Shown: positions 1 through 8,411 of the stretch, piece after piece | Layout: every line of letters starts with the position of its first letter | Position numbering within the stretch: position 1 is the stretch's first letter | NCBI GenBank assembly: GCA_963707505.1 | Contig: CAVPQB010000004.1 | Coordinates: 64,001-128,000, forward strand | Direction: 5' to 3' | DNA length: 64,000 bases | DNA from: an uncultured Gemmatimonadales bacterium | Lineage (GTDB): Bacteria > Gemmatimonadota > Gemmatimonadetes > Gemmatimonadales > Gemmatimonadaceae | Notes under the pieces: generated by a model | What the model saw: the letters and a program-made list of their open reading frames with translations, nothing else | Databases searched by the model: none | Told to the model about the DNA's origin: nothing | Translations under genes and position numbers: made by a program

Positions 1-810
1 GGCAAGTCGCAGCGCGGAGGGATCGAGCAACGCAACTGGCAGATTCCTTACCGTGATTTTGCCGATCCGCACGACACTCGCTATCGCCGGACGGGCGTCG
101 ATGCGGCCCTGAGCAGCCGCAATCGCAAGCGTATCCTTCGTTATCGGCACCACACCGCACTCGGCGGCAACGTCGCTCGCAAGCAGCGACATCGTGGCGC
201 CGGTGTCGAGCCAGAAGTAGCGCTCGTGACCGTTGATGTAGACCTTGATGATCGGCGTGCCGACGCTGCTGCCGAGCACTGGCAGAACATCCGGTACCGC
301 AGGTGCGTCGATGATGACGGGCGGTACGTCGCGCAATACACCGGCCCATGAATCAACAGCGGCGCGATCGACCACGTCGCCAACAGTGTCACCACCGGTA
401 CGAATCTCCGGTGGCAGCGCGGCGAGCTCCTGCCACTTGCCCTGCGCGTTGAGCGAGACGGTGAGCCCGATCCGCGCGCGCCCGCGCACCAGCGGATCAG
501 GATCGGCGAGCAGCGAATGAAACAGAACCTCGGCGCCGACCACGTTGCCGTCGACCAGTGAGCTCAGCGCGTCGGTGAAGAATCGCTCCGACATGGTGCT
601 CGCCTGAACGCGCGCAGCGGCGACATCGAGCTCACTCACGGAGTTCCAGAACGTGGGGCCGGGCGGAATACCGTGCTGCGCCAGTCGCATCCGTCTGACG
701 CTGATCTCAGGTCCGATGTCCGAGATCAGGTCGGACTGGCTCCTGTGCGCGCACCCGAACGACATCAAGAGGCAACCAGATAGCGCCCAACCGAAGCCGT
801 CCAAACGCAT
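1..810 (-). CDS. Retropepsin-like aspartyl protease, probable lipoprotein (runs off window start)
   Basis: Translated by hand; absent from the ORF track because there is no stop in the window. MRLDGFGWALSGCLLMSFGC (lipobox-like) ... TPIIKVYINGHERYFWLDTGATMSLL contains the DTG catalytic motif of clan AA proteases. Confidence 0.8.
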   Translation of the reverse strand, partial: MRLDGFGWALSGCLLMSFGCAHRSQSDLISDIGPEISVRRMRLAQHGIPPGPTFWNSVSELDVAAARVQASTMSERFFTDALSSLVDGNVVGAEVLFHSLLADPDPLVRGRARIGLTVSLNAQGKWQELAALPPEIRTGGDTVGDVVDRAAVDSWAGVLRDVPPVIIDAPAVPDVLPVLGSSVGTPIIKVYINGHERYFWLDTGATMSLLASDVAAECGVVPITKDTLAIAAAQGRIDARPAIASVVRIGKITVRNLPVALLDPSALRLA

Positions 811-941
811 GCGGAGATAATGCACGCGGGGACGTAACCGCGCCATTGAATTATGGTTTACAAATTGTGTACGAATCGATGGGGCGATGTGTCCTGGATT
901 CGATCGCGCCTACAGGGGCCAGGCGCGGATATATCCGCGCC

Positions 942-1469
942 CTACAGCCCTAAATACGCCCTGACTCTTGGCTCGATTCTGTCGGGCGACCAGAACGGTG
1001 CCCACACCAGATTGATCTTCACATCCTCGACACCCGGCAACGTGCGCAGTTGTCGCTCGGCGTCGCCCATGATTTCGGGGCCGGAGGGGCAGCCAGGTGA
1101 GGTGAGAGTCATGTCCACCGATACCACGGCGCCGTCGACGCGGACTCCGTAGACCAGGCCGAGGTCCACGATGTTGAGCTGGAGATCCGGGTCCTTCACA
1201 CGCCGGAGTCCGAGCTTCACCTGATCCTCACTCACGACGCCCCGGGTCGGCTCGGACGTCGGGGCAGCGTCGGCTGCTTGTGCGGCTGGCGGCGTTGGCT
1301 CAGCGCTTGTGCTTTGACTTGCTGCTGCTGCTGGTGTGCTTGGATTTGGCGCTGCTTGCGTGGTTGGACTTTGCTGACTTTTTGGAGACGTGGCTTGAGG
1401 CACGCTTTGTGGTGTGCCTGGCGCTCGAGCCTCGCTCGTGTTTTGCAGCTGATCTGGTGCGGCTTCCAT
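942..1469 (-). CDS. Metal-sulfur cluster assembly factor (DUF59/SufT/PaaD-like)
   Basis: VKDPDLQLNIVDLGLVYGV...MTLTSPGCP...VWAPFWSPDR is the DUF59 signature. Start uncertain (ATG 1469 or GTG 1235). Confidence 0.88.
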   Translation of the reverse strand: MEAAPDQLQNTSEARAPGTPQSVPQATSPKSQQSPTTQAAPNPSTPAAAASQSTSAEPTPPAAQAADAAPTSEPTRGVVSEDQVKLGLRRVKDPDLQLNIVDLGLVYGVRVDGAVVSVDMTLTSPGCPSGPEIMGDAERQLRTLPGVEDVKINLVWAPFWSPDRIEPRVRAYLGL

Positions 1470-2778
1470 GTATTGAAGATAACGACTTCGCGTGGCGTGC
1501 CCGTCCACCGCGCTTCGCTCGCACACGCTCATGCCAACCGATCTCGCGGTCCGCGCGGAACGATGCTGGCATTACGAGTGCGCCAGCTCCCATGTCGGTG
1601 ACTGACAACGACGCCGCATCGCTCAGATCTGAGCGCACGTCAGCAATTACGCGCACCGGGTGTGGTGAGCGTGACGCATACACGCGATTGGTGAGCAGGA
1701 TGACGAACATGTCGCGATCCGGATCGATCCAGAGCGACGTGCCGGTGAAACCAGTATGACCGAACGAGTGTTCGGAAAGGTAGTTTCCTGATCCGAACGA
1801 GCCGGTTGGAGTGTCCCAGCCGAGCGCCCGGTGGCCCGCTGCGCGGGTGGTGAAGAGCTGGACAGTGGAATCGGCGATGATGCGGACGCCATTGTAGGTG
1901 CCGCCGTTCAGCATCATCTGGGCGAAGACGGAAAGGTCAGCAGCAGTCGAAAACAGTCCAGCGTGGCCGGCTACGCCGCCGAGCGCGTAGGCATTCTCAT
2001 CGTTGACCTCGCCGCGCTCCCTGCGGCCTCCGCCTGAGGTTCCGGTCGGTGCGATGCGCGCGTCGAGGGAGTCGGCCGGCCGGAATTCCGTCTGGTACAT
2101 GCCGAGCGGGTGGAAGACGTAATCGGCCAGGAATTCATCGAGCGGCTGTTGCGATACTGCTTCGACGACCATGCCGAGCACGTCGGCGCCGAGGTCGGAG
2201 TACTCGTAGTACTGGCCCGGGTGCGCGATGAGGGGCGTCGCCAGGACCAGCTTTCTCGCCTCGACCGGATCGTGGGTGAGCTTGAAGATCTCGCGTCCCG
2301 CGGGGAGGCCCGACCGGTGGGTTAATAATTGTCTAATTGTTACTAAATCCTTCTCGCCGCCGGTAAATTCGGGGAGGTAGCGCGAGACGGGGGCATCGAG
2401 CGAGATCCGGCCCTGGTCGAACAGAACCATTACCGCGGTGGTCGTTCCTATCACCTTGGTAAGGGAGGCCAGATCATATATGGTAGAAGTCGGGCTTACT
2501 TCTGGACTAGATTCGTCCCAGGCGAGTCGGCCGAAGCCACGCTGAAGAACGGCCTTGCCTTTTCGCCCGACAATTACAGCTGCACCGGGGTATCCACCTG
2601 CTTCGATCCCTCGTTCGACTACGCGGTCAATGGCTTCGAGCCGTTCGGCCGACATGCCGACCGAGGCTGGGGAGGCTACGGGCAGGCCAACGGCACCGGC
2701 CAGACCGGCGGCAGGCGAGATGGGAGCGACAGGGCCGGATCCTCCGGCGAGGGCAATGAGAAGAGCAGCAGCCAGCAT
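1300..2778 (-). CDS. Serine hydrolase, beta-lactamase/AmpC-like family, exported
   Basis: Signal peptide, DLASLTK (SxxK), YSD, GHAGLFS, FGHTGFTG; basic K/S/H-rich C-terminal tail. Confidence 0.9.
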   Translation of the reverse strand: MLAAALLIALAGGSGPVAPISPAAGLAGAVGLPVASPASVGMSAERLEAIDRVVERGIEAGGYPGAAVIVGRKGKAVLQRGFGRLAWDESSPEVSPTSTIYDLASLTKVIGTTTAVMVLFDQGRISLDAPVSRYLPEFTGGEKDLVTIRQLLTHRSGLPAGREIFKLTHDPVEARKLVLATPLIAHPGQYYEYSDLGADVLGMVVEAVSQQPLDEFLADYVFHPLGMYQTEFRPADSLDARIAPTGTSGGGRRERGEVNDENAYALGGVAGHAGLFSTAADLSVFAQMMLNGGTYNGVRIIADSTVQLFTTRAAGHRALGWDTPTGSFGSGNYLSEHSFGHTGFTGTSLWIDPDRDMFVILLTNRVYASRSPHPVRVIADVRSDLSDAASLSVTDMGAGALVMPASFRADREIGWHERVRAKRGGRARHAKSLSSIHGSRTRSAAKHERGSSARHTTKRASSHVSKKSAKSNHASSAKSKHTSSSSKSKHKR

Positions 2779-2857
2779 CAGAAAGACCTACAGCATGAAG
2801 ACCGACGAGTGAGAACCGAACGCAGGGAAGCCCAATTTGTCATATTTGACGATTCCG

Positions 2858-2886
2858 GCAACCCTTGAGATACAACCTGAGTCAAA
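2858..2886 (+). promoter_or_regulatory. Candidate ECF sigma promoter
   Basis: GCAACC-N17-GTCAAA just upstream of the ECF sigma ATG at 2903; resembles generic ECF AAC/GTC elements. Confidence 0.35.
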
Positions 2887-2902
2887 CAAAAGCACACACT
2901 GG

Positions 2903-3487
2903 ATGACGACGCACCAGACAATCGTGCAGCGGGCGGTGGAGGGCGATGAAAGAGCCCTCCGTCAGCTCTGGATGGAGAACGCCCCGCACATAGATGCCGT
3001 GGTGCTGCGACTTTGCGGCGACCGCGATCTGGCAGCCGATGTCGCCCAGGAAGTGTGGATTCAGATTTTCCGTGCGCTTCCAAGCTATCGTGGTGATTCG
3101 CAGTTCGGAACATGGGCGCACAGAATAGCCGTAAACCGCACGCTCAACGCATTACGCAAGGTGCGGCGTATCGCAAAGGTGGAGATCGATGTCGAGGATG
3201 ATACCGCAACAGCTCCGGACAATCCGGAATCCGAAACCGAGAGGGGGATCGTGGCCGAGTCGATAGACCAGGCCGTGCGCCAGCTCTCGCCGGGCGCGAG
3301 AACGGTATTCCTTCTGCATGACGTGGAAGGGTACACGCACGAGGAGATTGCGCGCGAGTTGGGTATCACTACAGGTGGTTCGAAGTCTCAGTTGTTCAAG
3401 GCACGCGCGAAGCTACGCCGGCTACTCGCGCATTTAGCTGAAGGATTCTCCGCTGGCGTTGGTCAAGAGCATGGCACTCCCATCTAA
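2903..3487 (+). CDS. RNA polymerase sigma-70 factor, ECF subfamily
   Basis: Region 2 (LAADVAQEVWIQIFRALPSYRGDSQFGTWAHRIAVN) and region 4 (VFLLHDVEGYTHEEIARELGITTGGSKSQLFKAR). Confidence 0.93.
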   Translation: MTTHQTIVQRAVEGDERALRQLWMENAPHIDAVVLRLCGDRDLAADVAQEVWIQIFRALPSYRGDSQFGTWAHRIAVNRTLNALRKVRRIAKVEIDVEDDTATAPDNPESETERGIVAESIDQAVRQLSPGARTVFLLHDVEGYTHEEIARELGITTGGSKSQLFKARAKLRRLLAHLAEGFSAGVGQEHGTPI

Positions 3488-4154
3488 GGAACTCTCGGAA
3501 CAGGCGCTCGACGCGCTCATCACGCGCGAGCAGACGCGCGTCGTGGCGCCGTTGACGGAATGGCGCGCTCTGTCCGTGTCCTTGCGACAGGAAGGGTTGA
3601 TCCATGACGACTCGACTGCGCGGACGTCGGCTCCGCGGGAGTACGTTGCGGAGCCGGTTGTACCAGGATCAGGCTGGTTTCGCAGCACCGCACGGTGGAC
3701 GATGCGGCTCGCCGCCAGCGCCGCGCTGGTCGGCGTCGGTGTCGTCGCGGGCCGCGGAATGACGTTCGGGCAGGATTTCATAACGCAGATGCAGCTGGCG
3801 ATATCCGACAGCACGGGAAGCCACGGCAACTCCGTCCGCGTTGGCGGCAAGGAATTCTCGTCGCTGACCGATGCTCGGAGGACGCTGCTGCGTGCCCAGA
3901 CGGATTATCAGCGCGCCGCTGCATTCCTCGCCGCGACCGATACGGGACCACGAATCACCGCCGAGCCGGATCTGTATCGCGATCGGCTCGCGGGACTGGA
4001 CGAGATGACGGCTGCATCGCTCGCCGCCATCAAGGATGCGCCGCAGGATCCGTTGCTCAACCAGTATTACCTGTCGGCGTCGGCTGCGCGCGATGCGACG
4101 CTGCAGCAACTTGGCAACGCACTGCCTGTCGGCTCAACCATGGTGAGTTTCTAA
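3471..4154 (+). CDS. Single-TM protein, putative anti-sigma factor
   Basis: Overlaps the sigma stop; central hydrophobic segment LAASAALVGVGVVAG; helical C-terminal part. Confidence 0.6.
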   Translation: MALPSKELSEQALDALITREQTRVVAPLTEWRALSVSLRQEGLIHDDSTARTSAPREYVAEPVVPGSGWFRSTARWTMRLAASAALVGVGVVAGRGMTFGQDFITQMQLAISDSTGSHGNSVRVGGKEFSSLTDARRTLLRAQTDYQRAAAFLAATDTGPRITAEPDLYRDRLAGLDEMTAASLAAIKDAPQDPLLNQYYLSASAARDATLQQLGNALPVGSTMVSF

Positions 4155-4979
4155 ATGCGCCGCGCCTTTTTAGCAACTGCCGCTGTGACAGCCGTGATGA
4201 CGGTATCGACTGTCGCATCCGCGCAGAAAGCGTCGCAGAAAGCGCTGCAGAAAGCGTCGCAGAAAGCGTCGCAAAAAGCACCGGAGAAAAACGCGACACC
4301 GTCCGGCTGGGTGGGACTGTCGGTTATTCAGAAGGGCAGCGGTAACGAGGATTCCGCCGTCAAGGTTGGATACCCGGTCGTTGCGTCTGTCGACCCGGGC
4401 TCGCCGGCGCAGGCTGCTGGTCTCGTCGCCGGCGATACGATCCTCGCATACAACGACGTGGACGCGAGCTCGGACCCGATCGCAGTGCGTCCCTTTCTTG
4501 TCGCGGGCCGCGAGCTCGTGGTCAAGGTTCGGCGCAATGGAGTTCGCAGGCTCACGCTGACGGTCGCGAAGCGTTCGGCGCGCAACGCGTATCGTGAGGG
4601 CGTTACAGTCAGCACGACCAGCGGTGCGGCGCTTCCACTCATGTACGGCCTTCCGTCAGGACCGATAGCGATCGCCGCACCCGTCGCCTCCGATCGCGAG
4701 GCAGCACCGTTCGCGGGGGCGTATCTTGCCCGCCTGAACGCGGGGCTCGCCCATGCGCTCAACGTTCGCAATTCCGGCGTGCTTGTCGTCGACGTCAGCA
4801 ATGGATCGGATGCGGCGAAGGCTGGACTGCAATCTGGCGACGTGATCACGCGCGCCGATTCGATTTCGGTCGAGAGCCCGCTCGGAATAATGACTGCATT
4901 GCGTCTCGCATCCGATAGCAGCGTGACGCTCGACGTGTCCCGTCGCGGCAAGACTCAGAAGATCACGATTCGCTGGTAG
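4155..4979 (+). CDS. Exported tandem-PDZ-domain protein
   Basis: Signal peptide; two PDZ motifs (VASVDPGSPAQAAGLVAGDTILAYN and VVDVSNGSDAAKAGLQSGDVITRAD). Confidence 0.85.
   Translation: MRRAFLATAAVTAVMTVSTVASAQKASQKALQKASQKASQKAPEKNATPSGWVGLSVIQKGSGNEDSAVKVGYPVVASVDPGSPAQAAGLVAGDTILAYNDVDASSDPIAVRPFLVAGRELVVKVRRNGVRRLTLTVAKRSARNAYREGVTVSTTSGAALPLMYGLPSGPIAIAAPVASDREAAPFAGAYLARLNAGLAHALNVRNSGVLVVDVSNGSDAAKAGLQSGDVITRADSISVESPLGIMTALRLASDSSVTLDVSRRGKTQKITIRW
4223..4279 (+). repeat. 12-bp tandem repeat (gcagaaagcgtc), about 4.7 copies, in frame
   Basis: Read directly; encodes QKAS/QKAL repeats after the signal peptide. Confidence 0.85.
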
Positions 4980-5002
4980 CGCCACTGGCATGGTACATAC
5001 CG

Positions 5003-5929
5003 CTACAGCTTCCGATCTTCCGGCAGTAGCGAATGATGGATTGCGATTGCCGCAACTGCACCGATTCCCGCGGCGGCTATCGCGAGCTGCGGGCCGTGAA
5101 TTATGTCGCCGGCCGCGTACACGTTTCTGACAGACGTGTGAAAGTGCATATCGGTGACGACGCGTCCGATCTCGTCGCGCTTGCACCCGAGCTGAGTGCC
5201 GAGGTCGTCAGACGGCTCCTGACCGATGGAGAAGAATATCTGATCGCAATCGAGTGACATTCCGCCGCTGAGATCTATGGCGCGCGCCTCGCCTTCGGAC
5301 GACCGCACGCGCTCGATCGGCGCTTCGATTATCGGAATGTTGAGCGCGTCGAGCTTCGTCATTATCTCCGCGCTCATGTCTGCGGGTTCACCGTTGGTGC
5401 ATATCACGATCTCGCGTGTCCATGTCGTGAGCGCGAGCGCGAGTCCGGCTGCCTTGCGTCCGCTTGCGATGACGGCTGTTTTCTTGTTCAGAGCTCCGTA
5501 ACCATCGCAATCGGGACACACGTGCGCCGTCTCCCCATAGCATCTGTCGAGTCCAGGTACGTTGGGCCACACGTCGCGCACTCCGATTGCGAGCAGAAGC
5601 CGCGCGGCGGTTAGCGTTCCGCCTGACTCGAGTGCCACGGTGAACAGGTCGTCGTCCACGCGATCGACTTGGGAGACTGTCGCGTCCAGCAGGGTCGCAC
5701 CGAAATGGCGGCACTCGTCGCGCCCGCGCCCGCGCAATTCACCCGGTGTTATTCCTTCCAGTCCGAGGTATCCATGTATGCCGCGCGTCTCCCAGTTGCG
5801 TGGGTCGCCAGCGTCGATGACGATGACGCGATGCAGGTAGCGACCGAGCCAGAGTGCGGCCGTGAGGCCAGCAGGACCGCCGCCTATTATGGCGACGTCA
5901 TACGTCTCGGAATATGTGGAGTCAGGCAT
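5003..5929 (-). CDS. NAD(P)/FAD-dependent oxidoreductase, thioredoxin reductase-like
   Basis: IIGGGPAGLTAA, CPDC redox motif, TSVRNVYAAGD. Confidence 0.9.
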   Translation of the reverse strand: MPDSTYSETYDVAIIGGGPAGLTAALWLGRYLHRVIVIDAGDPRNWETRGIHGYLGLEGITPGELRGRGRDECRHFGATLLDATVSQVDRVDDDLFTVALESGGTLTAARLLLAIGVRDVWPNVPGLDRCYGETAHVCPDCDGYGALNKKTAVIASGRKAAGLALALTTWTREIVICTNGEPADMSAEIMTKLDALNIPIIEAPIERVRSSEGEARAIDLSGGMSLDCDQIFFSIGQEPSDDLGTQLGCKRDEIGRVVTDMHFHTSVRNVYAAGDIIHGPQLAIAAAGIGAVAAIAIHHSLLPEDRKL

Positions 5930-6072
5930 CGATGTGATTGTCGTGAATGCGCGACCGCGTATAGGCGCAAGTCGGATGCCGGGCACCAATCAGATCCCGA
6001 TTGCGTTCATAGCGACGGACGCGGATGCATCCGCCCCGCACATTCGCACACCAATGGTGCTAGACTGTACGC

Positions 6073-7386
6073 ATGAAACGGCCGCTCATTGACCACGTAA
6101 CGACGCCGCTCGGTCGCATGATGCAGGCCGCGCCAGCAGGTGGCCTGGTGCTTCTTGCGTGCGCGGCAATCGCGCTCGTGTGGGCGAACTCCCCGTGGGC
6201 GCATGGATACCACGCGCTCTGGGAGACACAGATATCCATCGGCGTCGCCGCGACGCATGCGACCCTCACACTCCATGAAGTAGTGAACGATGGCCTCATG
6301 GCCGTCTTTTTCTTTCTCGTGGGGCTGGAGATCAAACGCGAAATTCTCGTGGGCGAGCTCGCCACGATGCGGCAGGCTGCACTTCCGGTGGCAGCGGCAC
6401 TCGGCGGCATGATCGTTCCCGCGCTGCTGTTCGTCGCGTTCAATGCATCGACGCACGCCACGCGCGGTTGGGGAATTCCGATGGCGACCGACATCGCGTT
6501 CGCACTCGGCGTGCTCGCGCTCCTGGGCGACAGGATTCCGTCCTCGCTCCGGGTGTTTCTCTCCGCGCTCGCGATCGCCGATGATCTTGGCGCGGTGCTT
6601 GTCATCGCACTGTTCTACACCGCGACGATATCGTGGGGCGCTCTTCTCGCGGCTGCTGCACTGTTGCTGCTATCGATAATCGCCAATGCAGTTGGTGTGC
6701 GCGCGACATGGGCGTACGCGTTGATCGGGCTGGCGCTCTGGGTAGCGGTACTGCTGTCGGGCGTTCACGCGACAGTAGCGGGGGTTCTGCTCGCATTCAC
6801 GATTCCGACACGCACGCGCATCGACGAGAGTGCGTTTCTCTCCGGTGCTCGCGATGCGCTCGCGGACTTCCACGATGCGCACAAGCCGGAAGCCACCGTA
6901 CTATCGAGCCGCGCGCATCAGGTTGCACTCGAACAGCTCAATACGTTGGCCGACCACGCGCAGGCGCCACTCGTGCGACTGGAACATGGATTGAGCGGAA
7001 TTGTCAATTTTGGAATCATGCCGGTATTCGCGCTCGCGAATGCAGGGGTGCCATTGAGTGGTAGTGGCCATCTCATTACGAGCCCGGTCGCACTTGGCGT
7101 GCTCGCCGGACTGTTCCTTGGCAAGCCGATCGGAATTTCGCTCGCGACCTGGATGTCGGTGCGTAGTGGGATCGCATCGATTCCGGCAGACGTGACACGT
7201 CGCATGTTGTTCGGCGTTGCACTGCTCGGCGGGATAGGCTTCACAATGTCGTTGTTCATCGCCGGACTTGCGTTCGGCGGATCGGACGAGTTGCTCACAG
7301 CGGCGAAGCTCGGGACTTTTACCGCGTCGTTGCTGGCTGGTTTTGCGGGATGGATGGTGCTACGGGCGGCGAAAGCGGCGCGTTAA
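6073..7386 (+). CDS. nhaA: Na+/H+ antiporter NhaA
   Basis: VNDGLMAVFFFLVGLEIKRE, GWGIPMATDIAF, LAIADDLGA, GIGFTMSLFI. Confidence 0.96.
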   Translation: MKRPLIDHVTTPLGRMMQAAPAGGLVLLACAAIALVWANSPWAHGYHALWETQISIGVAATHATLTLHEVVNDGLMAVFFFLVGLEIKREILVGELATMRQAALPVAAALGGMIVPALLFVAFNASTHATRGWGIPMATDIAFALGVLALLGDRIPSSLRVFLSALAIADDLGAVLVIALFYTATISWGALLAAAALLLLSIIANAVGVRATWAYALIGLALWVAVLLSGVHATVAGVLLAFTIPTRTRIDESAFLSGARDALADFHDAHKPEATVLSSRAHQVALEQLNTLADHAQAPLVRLEHGLSGIVNFGIMPVFALANAGVPLSGSGHLITSPVALGVLAGLFLGKPIGISLATWMSVRSGIASIPADVTRRMLFGVALLGGIGFTMSLFIAGLAFGGSDELLTAAKLGTFTASLLAGFAGWMVLRAAKAAR

Positions 7387-7387
7387 C

Positions 7388-7487
7388 TCGTCATTCCCGC
7401 GAAAGCATTCAGCGATTCGTCATTCCCGCTTTCGCGGGAATGACGATCACCGGGGCAGATGGATTCCCGCTTTCGCGGGAATGACGA
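7388..7487. repeat. REP-like palindromic cluster (GTCATTCCCGC-N4-GCGGGAATGAC family)
   Basis: Three units, including the perfect hairpin tcgtcattcccgc-tttc-gcgggaatgacga (7417-7446); lies between convergent genes; related copy at 56555-56657. Confidence 0.85.
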
Positions 7488-7490
7488 ATC

Positions 7491-8225
7491 CTATAGTGCC
7501 GCGATGCTCTTAGAGATGTACGCGAACATCTCGGGCGTTGGCACGTTTCCGAGCTTTTCCTGCAGTGCCGGTCCTTCGTTGTCGTACATCGTCTTCACGG
7601 CGTTCGCGATAGCTGGATCACCGCCCGTGAATTCCTCGACGAGCGCCTTCCATCGCCGTGCGAGCGCGAGCATCTCCGAGCTCGTGGGATCGGTGCCATT
7701 CTCCATCGCCGACCGCACTTTGGGAATAATCTCGTTCCAGTCGTCACGCACCGTGTGCATGCGCTCGTCGCCGACGCTGATTCTTCGCTCCTCCAGCACT
7801 TCCAGCTGCTCGGGAGTGAAATATTTCTCGACTTGCATCATTTCCTCGATTGTTTGGCAAAGCTCTTCGAGTGAGACGGGCTTCGCGGTGTCCATATGAT
7901 GGGCAAGCGCCTTCAGGCGTCTGACCAGCTGTTTCTGAATGACCATCTGCTCGTGCAGTCTGGCCAGGTGCAGGTCGATGACCTGCCGAGGAGACGCGGC
8001 AGCCCCGTCGAGCAGTCGCTTCGTCTCGTCCAGCGATATCCCCATCAGTCGCAGGGAGTGGATCTGTTGCAGCCGCTCGATGTCGGTCCGGTCATACAGC
8101 CGATGACCAGCCGCGGTCCGGAGCGATGGCCGGAGTAGTCCGATCTCGTCGTAATGGTGCAGGGCGCGAACGGACATCCCCGTGTTGCGAGCCAGCTCAC
8201 CGACCTTCCATGGCGGTTCCTTCAT
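7491..8225 (-). CDS. MerR-family transcriptional regulator with TipAS-like domain
   Basis: WKVGELARNTGMSVRALHHYDEIGLLRP HTH; C-terminal GTDPTSSEMLALARRW TipAS-like segment; strong RBS upstream. Confidence 0.92.
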   Translation of the reverse strand: MKEPPWKVGELARNTGMSVRALHHYDEIGLLRPSLRTAAGHRLYDRTDIERLQQIHSLRLMGISLDETKRLLDGAAASPRQVIDLHLARLHEQMVIQKQLVRRLKALAHHMDTAKPVSLEELCQTIEEMMQVEKYFTPEQLEVLEERRISVGDERMHTVRDDWNEIIPKVRSAMENGTDPTSSEMLALARRWKALVEEFTGGDPAIANAVKTMYDNEGPALQEKLGNVPTPEMFAYISKSIAAL

Positions 8226-8272
8226 ATCCCCTTCCTCCCTGCTGTTAACGGGTCCAGTGTGGCCACGCAGCT

Positions 8273-8303
8273 AGTCTAAACCCTACCGTAACGTGAGGTG
8301 CAA
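8273..8303 (-). promoter_or_regulatory. MerR-type (tipA-like) promoter with 19-bp spacer and dyad operator
   Basis: Minus strand: TTGCAC-CTCACGTTACGGTAGGGTT (19 nt)-TAGACT, upstream of the MerR gene. Confidence 0.8.
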
Positions 8304-8411
8304 GGGTCAATTTTCCACTATATGGCCCGATCGCCCCGGACCGTGCTAGACTACAGGGACGAAGTGCCCAGGCACCCCTTCAGGCACCCCACGAACCGAG
8401 CACATCAAGGA

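Noticed and set aside
1300..2778. Bona fide antibiotic-resistance beta-lactamase
   Set aside because: Motifs only place it in the broad serine hydrolase family; activity cannot be inferred.
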